A stretch of 64,000 bases of DNA from Spirochaetia bacterium (GTDB lineage: Bacteria > Spirochaetota > Spirochaetia > DSM-27196 > Salinispiraceae), in the NCBI GenBank assembly GCA_038204425.1, contig JBBRCZ010000007.1:1-64000 (forward strand), read 5' to 3'. This document shows, piece by piece, positions 1 to 8,155 of this stretch (its first letter is position 1; the number at the start of each line of letters is the position of its first letter). Made by a program: the position numbers and the translations under genes. The notes beneath the pieces were generated by a model. It saw only the letters and a list, made by a program, of their open reading frames with translations. It was not told the origin of the DNA and did no database searches.

Positions 1-21
1 GTTCGATTCCCATCGACAGGC
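1..21 (+). tRNA. 3' end of a tRNA cut by the window edge (T-arm and acceptor strand), possibly tRNA-His
   Basis: GTTCGATTCCCAT forms a T-loop and stem, followed by a 7-nt acceptor strand CGACAGG and C at the discriminator position (C73 is typical of tRNA-His). The anticodon is not visible. Confidence 0.45.
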
Positions 22-31
22 TAAAAACTAG

Positions 32-56
32 CAAAGCCATCCTAAGGATGGCTTTG
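32..56. terminator. Hairpin between convergent tRNA genes, probable bidirectional terminator
   Basis: Perfect 11-bp stem CAAAGCCATCC-TAA-GGATGGCTTTG. Confidence 0.65.
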
Positions 57-66
57 AATTCCAAAT

Positions 67-137
67 AGCGGTCGATGGGAATCGAACCCACGGCTCCAGC
101 TTGGAAGGCTGGGGTATTACCATTATACGACGACCGC
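67..137 (-). tRNA. tRNA-Gly(TCC), CCA not encoded
   Basis: The reverse complement folds as a cloverleaf: acceptor GCGGTCG/CGACCGC, anticodon arm CCAGC-CTTCCAA-GCTGG, T-arm GTGGG-TTCGATT-CCCAT, discriminator T. Confidence 0.95.
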
Positions 138-193
138 TTGGGTGTGAGGTATTTGGTATCACGGTTTGGGGGGGGGTGTCAATTGGGGGTGGC

Positions 194-1174
194 TCATATG
201 TGGTGGTGGTGGTCTTTATACCATGCCCAGGCTTCGGCGATCGATTGCTTGATTGGCCTTGGTTCAAAGCCAAGTTCGTCGCGTAGCTTTTGGCTGGAGA
301 CTCGCAGATTGTAGCGCACAAAGCGTGCGCCGGCCCAAGTATAGACTGGCTGGCCACCATAAATCCTGTGTTTGATCTCATAAGCAAAGGCCACTAACAA
401 CATCATCCAATGGGGCAAATGAATCCATGGGCGTCGCTGGCCGGTTATAGCTTGTAGGTTGCGCATAAATCGTTCCATGCTGGTGTGTCCGGACGATACC
501 AAGTAAATACTGCCAGCCGGGGCTTTTACCGCTGCTCGCATGCAGACGTCAGCAAGGTCGCGGCTGTCGACTAGGTCAAAGCCGCCTCGGCTATAGGCTG
601 GCAGTCGTGATCGGCTAAAATCCCACATTAGTAAGCCCAATGGAGTAAAATCATAGTCGTAAGGGCCAATAACGGCTGAGGGTGCAATTATGACGGTTTC
701 CAGACTCATGCCGTTAGCGGCTTGTACTTTTTGGCTGGCAAGCGCCTTTGATCGACCGTATGGGTTAATTGCTCTAAAGGGTCTAAACCCTTGCTGCTCA
801 GCAATTAGGCGTGTTTTTTGGTCGTGACCAAAGGCAAGGTAGGACGAAACGTAAATAAGTCGTTTGACCCGATTGATGCGACAAGCATGGATAACATACT
901 CGGTTCCTTTGACATTGTGGCTATACATACGCGGAAAGCGGTATGGCATTAGGTCCAAGTGTCCATCGCAATGGAAGACCATTTCGGCGTCCACAAAGGC
1001 GATTATCAAGCTTTTTGGCTGACTCATAGAGCCAACTACGCGTTCTACTGAAAGGCCGTCAAACCCGGCCTTGTGCAGTGAGGACAAAACCACGCGCACC
1101 TTGTAGTCAGCTGCCACAAGTGCATGAACCAAGGCTTGACCTATTTGAGTCTCGGCTCCGGTTACTACTACCAT
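194..1174 (-). CDS. NAD-dependent epimerase/dehydratase (extended SDR, dihydroflavonol reductase/HpnA-like)
   Basis: N-terminal VVVTGA Rossmann start, NVKGT, YVSS, catalytic YxxxK (YGRSK), VIGPYD and VDSRDLA. Confidence 0.8.
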   Translation of the reverse strand: MVVVTGAETQIGQALVHALVAADYKVRVVLSSLHKAGFDGLSVERVVGSMSQPKSLIIAFVDAEMVFHCDGHLDLMPYRFPRMYSHNVKGTEYVIHACRINRVKRLIYVSSYLAFGHDQKTRLIAEQQGFRPFRAINPYGRSKALASQKVQAANGMSLETVIIAPSAVIGPYDYDFTPLGLLMWDFSRSRLPAYSRGGFDLVDSRDLADVCMRAAVKAPAGSIYLVSSGHTSMERFMRNLQAITGQRRPWIHLPHWMMLLVAFAYEIKHRIYGGQPVYTWAGARFVRYNLRVSSQKLRDELGFEPRPIKQSIAEAWAWYKDHHHHI

Positions 1175-1263
1175 GCCCGCATTCTATCCTTAGTTCTAGT
1201 GCTTGACTATCACTCACCACTATTATTTTGGGCGCCGCAGGGTAAGCAGTCGATTGGATAAGC

Positions 1264-2073
1264 CTATAGGATCGAACTTGGGTCGAGGTTTTCTCGCTCA
1301 ATGTCCTTAAAATAGTTAAAGGTGCCAACCCGTAGTTCACTGGTAGCATCTTCACTACAAACTATTATTCCTTTGGGATGCATTTGCAGCATGCTTACGG
1401 TCCACATGTGATTGACACCTTCTTCAACAACCTTTTGTAGGGCGTGGGCCTTGTTGTGGCCACTTACCAAAATCATCACTTCCCGAGCCGCCATCACCGT
1501 GCCGACACCAACCGTTAAGGCTAGACTTGGTACGAGTTCACTCTTGCCATCAAAAAAGCGTGCATTGGCAATTTTGGTTTCCTCGGTCAACGTTTTTATT
1601 CGCGTAAGCGAACTCAACGACGAGCTTGGTTCGTTAAAAGCGATATGTCCGTCGGCACCGATGCCACCCAAAAAAAGGTCTATGCCACCAGCCTGCTTAA
1701 TACGTACTTCGTACTGTTCACATTCCAAGTTAAGGTCAGCGGCCATGCCATTGAGAATATTAACTTGTTCTTTCTTAATATCAATGTGAGAAAAAAAGTT
1801 CTTCCACATAAAGGTGTGGTAACTCTCGGCATGGTCACTTGGCAGGCCAACATACTCATCCATATTAAATGTAATTACGTTGGCAAAACATACTTTGCCG
1901 TTTCGACAGTGTTCAATCAGGGCTTGGTAAGTTGCCAAAGGTGTGCTTCCCGTCGGCAAACCGAGCACAAAGGGTTTCTCGGGACTGGGATTTGCTGCAT
2001 TGATGCGTTTTACAATCAGGTTGGCGGCCCATTCACTCAGCTGCTTATAGTTAGGTTGAATTATGACTCGCAT
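1264..2073 (-). CDS. nagB: Glucosamine-6-phosphate deaminase
   Basis: [33 protein letters not shown] and ALTVGVGT motifs. Confidence 0.97.
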   Translation of the reverse strand: MRVIIQPNYKQLSEWAANLIVKRINAANPSPEKPFVLGLPTGSTPLATYQALIEHCRNGKVCFANVITFNMDEYVGLPSDHAESYHTFMWKNFFSHIDIKKEQVNILNGMAADLNLECEQYEVRIKQAGGIDLFLGGIGADGHIAFNEPSSSLSSLTRIKTLTEETKIANARFFDGKSELVPSLALTVGVGTVMAAREVMILVSGHNKAHALQKVVEEGVNHMWTVSMLQMHPKGIIVCSEDATSELRVGTFNYFKDIERENLDPSSIL

Positions 2074-2152
2074 ACAGGGTCCTCACTTATTTTGTACCAG
2101 AAACCACCAAGGTTTATTTTCTGAGGCAGCCTGTCATGAAAGTAGGAAATCG

Positions 2153-2833
2153 TCAATTACTTGTTTGGCTCAAGCTTGGCGAATATGGCCTTGTGCGTTG
2201 TCTATCGACAAACTTGTTGATGCCATCGACTACTTTGTCTGCCGCTTTTTGGGAAAAACCAAGATTGATGTAAAATTCTTTGAGATCTTTTTCGGCTATC
2301 TGACTGAGGTCATTGTCAACATTCAATTGTCCAAAATAGGCTCGCCAGATCGGCCAGATAGTTCTAACTTGATTGATGCCTGCAATATTCTTGGCCAGAC
2401 CATGTGCTTGCAGAGAAACAAAGACGTCAGAAACGGCCTTTACATAGGCGATATATTGAGCAACAGTAAGTTGAAGATCGGCAACGGTGTTCAGAACAGG
2501 CTTAAGAAAAGGTTTGAGCGGTCCGGGAGCAATAATGTTGCTGCTGGTAAGGTCGTTGTTTGCAAGGTGAGTTTGAGCACTAGCAACTGACTGGCCAAGT
2601 TGCACTGTTTTTTCATCCACTTTGACAGCGTTGGGGTCCACGCGCTGCAGCAATGCGCCCGTCTGGCTTGCAAGTGTTGTGCTGGTATTCTTGTTGGCAC
2701 GCTGCTCTGCCCTTTGGGCTGCCACCCGAGCTTGCCGCGCGGTCTCGGCTGCAGCCATCGTACCACATGACAAAGATAACGAGGCCACAATTACCAACAA
2801 AACTGAACCGATAAAAAACTTTGCCCCAATCAT
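2153..2833 (-). CDS. Hypothetical lipoprotein
   Basis: 226-aa ORF with a hydrophobic signal ending LSLS-C. Mostly helical; no family recognised. Confidence 0.65.
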   Translation of the reverse strand: MIGAKFFIGSVLLVIVASLSLSCGTMAAAETARQARVAAQRAEQRANKNTSTTLASQTGALLQRVDPNAVKVDEKTVQLGQSVASAQTHLANNDLTSSNIIAPGPLKPFLKPVLNTVADLQLTVAQYIAYVKAVSDVFVSLQAHGLAKNIAGINQVRTIWPIWRAYFGQLNVDNDLSQIAEKDLKEFYINLGFSQKAADKVVDGINKFVDRQRTRPYSPSLSQTSN

Positions 2834-2899
2834 AAGCTCCCCTGCCAGGTTATAGAAACCTGTCTTCTAACTATAGATTACTATCGGCAGCTCTTCAAA

Positions 2900-3214
2900 T
2901 CAAGTTTGGCTAGAAGTCTGAAAGTCTACGCATGAGCGATTGGCTCTTAGCTTGGCTATCAGTTGGGCCACTTTAAGGTGATGAGCGTTGTCTTGATAAC
3001 GTTGCAAAGCATCAAGATCTTCAAAGTTGGCTCGCAAGACGACGTCCCAATTGCCTGCATTGGGCAAGGTATTGATGCCAACGGCTAGGTCGAGAATTTC
3101 CGGTACCAAAGGTGGCAAGGCTTCTAGAGCTTTTTTGATGGCGGCCGCGTTTTCTGCCAGACTTCGGCCTTCTGCTTCGGGCAATAGTTGCCACATTACT
3201 ATGTGTTCTATCAT
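2900..3214 (-). CDS. Dabb family stress-responsive A/B barrel protein
   Basis: MIEHIVMW start, F-E-D-x-x-A-L-x-x-Y-Q-x-x-x-x-H motif and C-terminal VDF. Confidence 0.85.
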   Translation of the reverse strand: MIEHIVMWQLLPEAEGRSLAENAAAIKKALEALPPLVPEILDLAVGINTLPNAGNWDVVLRANFEDLDALQRYQDNAHHLKVAQLIAKLRANRSCVDFQTSSQT

Positions 3215-3338
3215 GGTACTCTGTTTGTATCACAAATTGCACCGATGGTCAGGTTGTACCATAGAATTCGTATTTATCATCAGTTGAGACAACAATTATT
3301 GATTGCCGATGCGCCCAATATGCCTTACATTTTCGCCT

Positions 3339-4610
3339 ATGGTAGAAGAGAAGATTGGAATTAGTGATATTGCAGTTTATATACCAACACCTTGCCTAGA
3401 CTTGGAGCAGTTAGTCGCGGTACGGAGTCAAGGCAAGCCCGAGCTAGAACGTCGTCTGCGCCGCGCAGTGGACACTACCGGTCAAAAGTTTATTAGGTAT
3501 CCAGAAGTCTGGGAAGACGCCGCAAGCATGGCCGCTAATTCGGCCTTAAAACTTTTAGAGCGCAATAACGGGAATGGTCAACACATCCTACGCTACTTGG
3601 CAGCCGGAACCGAAACCGGCGTTGATAGTTCTAAACCCCTGTCCGCCTATGTGCAAGGCATGCTGGAAGGTGCAGGATTTGAGCTTGGACATCGTTTTTC
3701 TTCATTTCAGGTACAACACGCTTGTGCAGGAGGTACGATTGCCATGCTTTCCGTTGCTTCCATGCTTAAACAAAGCGGCCGACCCAACGATAGAGGTTTG
3801 GTTTTGTGCTCAGACATCGCCCGTTACGAAAGCAATACCACGGCAGAAATAACACAAGGTGCCGGCTCTGTAGCTTTAATGATAGAAAAGAACCCCCGAC
3901 TGCTTGAACTTGATCTCTCGTGCGTTGGCTATGCCAGCAGTGATGTTGACGACTTTTTTAGACCGATAGGTAGTACCACTGCCAAGGTAAAAGGCCAATA
4001 TTCGATGAAGTGTTACCATGACGCTGCAGAAGAAGCGCTCAAAGACTACTGCGATCGTCGTGGCAAAAGCGCCTACCAGGTTTTGGCCGAATCCGACTAC
4101 TATATCTTTCATGTTCCGTTTGCCAAGATGGCCTACACTGCTGCGCGCCACCTGTTGTCAGCCTTTATGGGCCTGGTTGACGGTGAGATTGACGACTACC
4201 TGAAGCCGCGCGGATTTTTTGAGTCGCTCGATGCAACTTCAAAAGTAGGAAACATTTACACCGGTGCAACCTACCTCAATCTTGCCTCACTTTTGCTCGA
4301 CCGTTATAAGAAAATTGGCAAAGAAATCATAGGAAAAAAAATACTTATCTCTTCGTATGGCAGTGGCAATACTATGCTTGTTTTTCAAGCTACTGTTGCA
4401 GCTGGTGCGGTAGATGTCATAGCAAAGTGGGACTTAGAAAAAACCATCAACGCTGGCCAAAAAAAAGAGTTTTCACACTATCAAGCTTGGATTGACAAGG
4501 ATTGGTCGGCGTTAAATAGTGATAGCCAAAGCAGTGATCTGCCAAAAGACACGTTCTATCTTAAGAACGTAAGGGAAGACGGCTACCGTGAATACAGCAT
4601 CCAGCGCTAA
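3339..4610 (+). CDS. mvaS: Hydroxymethylglutaryl-CoA synthase
   Basis: IGISDIAVYIP, GTET (Glu), QHACAGG (Cys), EITQGAG, FHVPF (His), VGNIYTG and SYGSG. Start placed at ATG 3339; the ORF is open from 3303. Confidence 0.95.
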   Translation: MVEEKIGISDIAVYIPTPCLDLEQLVAVRSQGKPELERRLRRAVDTTGQKFIRYPEVWEDAASMAANSALKLLERNNGNGQHILRYLAAGTETGVDSSKPLSAYVQGMLEGAGFELGHRFSSFQVQHACAGGTIAMLSVASMLKQSGRPNDRGLVLCSDIARYESNTTAEITQGAGSVALMIEKNPRLLELDLSCVGYASSDVDDFFRPIGSTTAKVKGQYSMKCYHDAAEEALKDYCDRRGKSAYQVLAESDYYIFHVPFAKMAYTAARHLLSAFMGLVDGEIDDYLKPRGFFESLDATSKVGNIYTGATYLNLASLLLDRYKKIGKEIIGKKILISSYGSGNTMLVFQATVAAGAVDVIAKWDLEKTINAGQKKEFSHYQAWIDKDWSALNSDSQSSDLPKDTFYLKNVREDGYREYSIQR

Positions 4611-4644
4611 CAATCCGCCTGACAGTGGTCATAGCGCCCAAGGT

Positions 4645-5841
4645 ATGAGTACCAGAAAAACCCAACATCTCGACATTTGCCGCGACCAAAAAAGAACCGT
4701 CGAGGGTGGTAATTCTCGTTTTTCTGAAGTTCGCCTGTTGCATCACGCTTTGAGCGAAGTCGACGCTAAAACCATCGACACCAGTTGTGAGTTTTTGGGA
4801 TACAAAGTTGCAGTGCCGCTATTTATTTCGTCAATGACAGGCGGCTCTGACTCAGGTTATGGCGTTAATAAACAATTGGCAAAACTGGCCCAAGAATTTC
4901 GCATTCCAGTTGGCATGGGTAGCATACGGATTCTTTTTCGCAAACCCGAGGTCTTTGAACACTTTACGCTAAAAAATCTGGCAGCTGATGTCCCGGTGGT
5001 CGCCAATCTGGGCGCAGTGCAAATCCGCGACATGGTGCACGGCCAAATCATTGAAATGCTCAAGCGTCTAGAAGTGGACGCACTGGCCATCCACCTCAAT
5101 CCAGGTCAGGAACTTTTTCAGAACGAAGGTGACCGCGATTTTCATGGTATTTTTGATGCTATACGCCGCTTTTGTGCAAATTGTCCACTGCCAGTCATAG
5201 TAAAAGAGACTGGCTGCGGCATAGCTCCGCATGAAGCCATAAAACTGCTCAAGATTGGCGTACGTTATGTCAACATTGCCGGCAGTGGCGGCACCAACTG
5301 GATTTCAGTAGAAAAAGAACGCTATCTGGAAGAACAGAACCAAATAGCGCAGGTGATGGCTGCCAATGAATTTGCAGACTGGGGCAACCCAACTGCTTTG
5401 GTCTTGGCTGTCTTACGGCAGCTGGAAGACAAGGGTCGCATTCCTGGTTCCACGGTTCCACAGCCACTGCACCTGCTCTTGGACGAAGCTCGCGAGAAAG
5501 CCAAGGGCCGACACAAGTCAAGTGTTGCCGTGCCAGCTACGTACGACGGCATGCTCTCAGGTCGGATACTGGCCAGCGGCGGTATTCGCACTGGCATGGA
5601 TGCAGTCAAAGCGCTTGTCTTGGGGGCGCGTATGGTTGGAACAGCTTTGCCTATCGTCAGAGCTCTTCACAGCGGAGGCATGGAAGCGGCCCAGAACTAC
5701 CTGCACAGTTTGGTCTACGCTTTAAGAAGTGCTATGGTTCTTCAAGGTTGTCGCAATTTAAGTGACTTGCGCAAAGCCGCGTACTTTTTGTCGCCAAGCC
5801 TGAGCCATGAGGTTAACGCTTGGGAACAATTGATAGGATGA
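4645..5841 (+). CDS. fni: Type 2 (FMN-dependent) isopentenyl-diphosphate delta-isomerase
   Basis: RKxxH, ISSMTGG, MGS, HLNPGQE, VKETGCG, GSGGTNW, WGNPT and ASGGIR. Confidence 0.95.
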   Translation: MSTRKTQHLDICRDQKRTVEGGNSRFSEVRLLHHALSEVDAKTIDTSCEFLGYKVAVPLFISSMTGGSDSGYGVNKQLAKLAQEFRIPVGMGSIRILFRKPEVFEHFTLKNLAADVPVVANLGAVQIRDMVHGQIIEMLKRLEVDALAIHLNPGQELFQNEGDRDFHGIFDAIRRFCANCPLPVIVKETGCGIAPHEAIKLLKIGVRYVNIAGSGGTNWISVEKERYLEEQNQIAQVMAANEFADWGNPTALVLAVLRQLEDKGRIPGSTVPQPLHLLLDEAREKAKGRHKSSVAVPATYDGMLSGRILASGGIRTGMDAVKALVLGARMVGTALPIVRALHSGGMEAAQNYLHSLVYALRSAMVLQGCRNLSDLRKAAYFLSPSLSHEVNAWEQLIG

Positions 5842-7094
5842 TGCAAGAAGCTAATCTACGAAAACTCAGAAAGAGCACGCCAAGTCAACGGCGCAGCCGT
5901 TTGGATCAAGCCCTTAGTGGGCAACTAGACCCTGCTCCATCGCAGCTGAGTCTGGCTGATTGGTTGGACTTTAGTGCCATTATGGTAGAGAACAGCTACG
6001 GTTGTATGCCTGTTCCACTCGGACTCGCCAGTGGTTTTTTAATTGATGGACACGAACTAAGTCTGCCGCTGGCTACCGAAGAACCCTCCGTTATTGCCGC
6101 CGCGAGTTTTGCTGCTACGCAAATTGCCCATTGCGGCGGCTTTACAACCTGGGCAGACCAGTCAATTATGCAAGCTCACGTTTACTTAAACGATTGCCCA
6201 AGCGACGTCATGGGCCGCTTTGAGAAGAGCTTGGTTCAATTAACATCATTGTGCACCGCACTTTTGACAAACATGAAAAGTCGTGGTGGAGGACTGCTGG
6301 GTATAAGTGCCAAACACTTGGATGATACGTGCGTGCGCATTTGTGTAGAGGTCAATGTTTGTGATGCCATGGGCGCCAATCTTCTCAATAGCTGCGCCGA
6401 GGCCTTGCGCAACCCACTTGAGCAGGCCGGTTTGGGCAAAGTCTTGATGGCTATTCTTTCTAACAACAGCGTTGACCGCAAGGCCGGTGCCCGTTTTGGC
6501 GCGCCTATTGGTGATTTATCTCGAGCTGGCTACAAGGGACTTGAGTTTGCCCAGCGCATTGTTGCTGCCTGGAAGGTAGCCAGCCTTGACCGAGATCGAG
6601 CTGTGACGCACAACAAAGGCATTATGAATGGCATCTCGGCCTTTGCATTGGCAAGTGCCAACGATACCCGTGCACTAGAAGCCGCCGCCCACGCATGGGC
6701 AAGCAAATCGGGCAGCTATCAACCGCTCACTCGGTATTGGATCCAAGACAACAAGCTCTGTGGTGAGATAGAGCTGCCTTTGGCATTTGCAAGCCTAGGT
6801 GGCGCTGTCTCTTTTCACCCCATGGCGCAATACAATCTTGCTTTGCTGGGCCGCCCTGATGCTCGTGAGCTGGCTCGCATGGCAGCAGCTTTGGGATTAG
6901 CTCAGAACTTTGCCGCCATCGGGGCCTTGGTTGGAGAAGGTATACAAGCGGGACACATGCGCTTGCACGCCCGCCGGCTGGCATGGCAAGTCGGTGCACG
7001 AGCTGAGCAGATTGAGGGTCTGGCTACTACAATTTTTGAAGAAAAAGCCTTTACTCTTGGCGCCGCAAAAAAACTTTGGAATACAGACAAATGA
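5838..7094 (+). CDS. mvaA: HMG-CoA reductase, class II
   Basis: ENxxG, PLATEEPSVIAA, DAMGAN, THNKGIMNG and GIQAGHMRLHAR. ATGA overlap with the fni stop. Confidence 0.95.
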   Translation: MMQEANLRKLRKSTPSQRRSRLDQALSGQLDPAPSQLSLADWLDFSAIMVENSYGCMPVPLGLASGFLIDGHELSLPLATEEPSVIAAASFAATQIAHCGGFTTWADQSIMQAHVYLNDCPSDVMGRFEKSLVQLTSLCTALLTNMKSRGGGLLGISAKHLDDTCVRICVEVNVCDAMGANLLNSCAEALRNPLEQAGLGKVLMAILSNNSVDRKAGARFGAPIGDLSRAGYKGLEFAQRIVAAWKVASLDRDRAVTHNKGIMNGISAFALASANDTRALEAAAHAWASKSGSYQPLTRYWIQDNKLCGEIELPLAFASLGGAVSFHPMAQYNLALLGRPDARELARMAAALGLAQNFAAIGALVGEGIQAGHMRLHARRLAWQVGARAEQIEGLATTIFEEKAFTLGAAKKLWNTDK

Positions 7095-8155
7095 ACAGTC
7101 AACAACTCGGATCCGCCTTGGCTCAGGCCACGCCCAGTCTGGCCTTGATTAAATACTGGGGCAAATTAGACAAAAAGAACAACTTACCAGCCACCCCGAG
7201 CATCGCGATTACACTCAAACACCTGAGCTCGCAGACCAGGGTTTGGGCTATTGCCGACAGTGAGAGTCAAAGCAAGCTCGGCGACAGAGTGATCCTTGAC
7301 GGAAAACTCTTGACCGATGTTGGTCGCTTTTCTAACTTTTTTGATGGATTGCGGACTGGATTCGCAAGCAGGCACAAGTTTTGGGTCTATAGCGCCAACA
7401 ACTTTCCTACCGCGGCCGGTCTTGCTTCTTCTTCTTCGGGATTTGCAGCATTAGCTTTTGCAGCCAGCCGGGCCCTTGGTCGCAATGACAGTCCGGCTGT
7501 TTTATCCGGCTTGGCACGGCTGGGATCTGGCTCAGCGGCCCGTTCGCTCTATGGTGGCTTTACTCTGCTCGATAGGGGACAGCAACAGGCTGTTGCGCTG
7601 CACGATCATCTGCACTGGCCAGAGCTTAGGGTGCTGGTTGTAAGGATCAGCGACAAAGCCAAAGACACCTCAAGTCGCGACGGCATGGAACTCAGCCGAC
7701 TTAGCTCGCCCTACTATCAAGCTTGGTTAGAGGATGCTGTCAAAGTTTGTGCAGAGGCGCAAACGGCGCTCGCTAAGCGTGATCTAGAAAAGCTGGGCTC
7801 TTTGGTGCGTATCAGCTACTTGCGTATGTTTTCGACCATGTTTTCGGCCAGTCCACCTTTTATTTACTGGCACGCTGACAGTCTGGCGGTCATCAAATGC
7901 TGCGAAGAAATTCGCGCTGCTGGTTTGTCGGCTTGGGAGACTATGGATGCTGGCCCTCAGGTTAAGATTTTTTGCTTGGTTAACGAAGTGGATGCAATTC
8001 TTGCCCGGCTCGCTCAAGTTGTGTCGCTCGACAAAGTTTTGGTGGACGAAACCGGCCAAGGTCCACAGCTTTTGAACAAGTCGCAACTCTTAGCAGATGG
8101 TCCGGAGTCGCTTGACGAGCTAGGTGCTTTTTTTGAAGCCAAGAGCCGTGGCTAA
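7091..8155 (+). CDS. mvaD: Diphosphomevalonate decarboxylase
   Basis: ALIKYWGK, NNFPTAAGLASSSSGFAAL, GSGSAARS, SSRDGM and TMDAGPQVK. ATGA overlap with mvaA. Confidence 0.95.
   Translation: MNSQQLGSALAQATPSLALIKYWGKLDKKNNLPATPSIAITLKHLSSQTRVWAIADSESQSKLGDRVILDGKLLTDVGRFSNFFDGLRTGFASRHKFWVYSANNFPTAAGLASSSSGFAALAFAASRALGRNDSPAVLSGLARLGSGSAARSLYGGFTLLDRGQQQAVALHDHLHWPELRVLVVRISDKAKDTSSRDGMELSRLSSPYYQAWLEDAVKVCAEAQTALAKRDLEKLGSLVRISYLRMFSTMFSASPPFIYWHADSLAVIKCCEEIRAAGLSAWETMDAGPQVKIFCLVNEVDAILARLAQVVSLDKVLVDETGQGPQLLNKSQLLADGPESLDELGAFFEAKSRG

Noticed and set aside
1..200. tRNA-associated integration site or genomic island
   Set aside because: The repeat is inverted rather than direct, and no integrase or mobile genes are present in the window.
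28..387. ORFs of 61-119 aa over the tRNA region
   Set aside because: They overlap tRNA-Gly and the SDR 3' end and have no protein-like motifs.
2063..2590. 175-aa plus-strand ORF and the many other antisense or nested ORFs (e.g. 31813-32307, 46762-47205)
   Set aside because: They are shadows of better-supported genes on the opposite strand or in another frame, with no motifs of their own.
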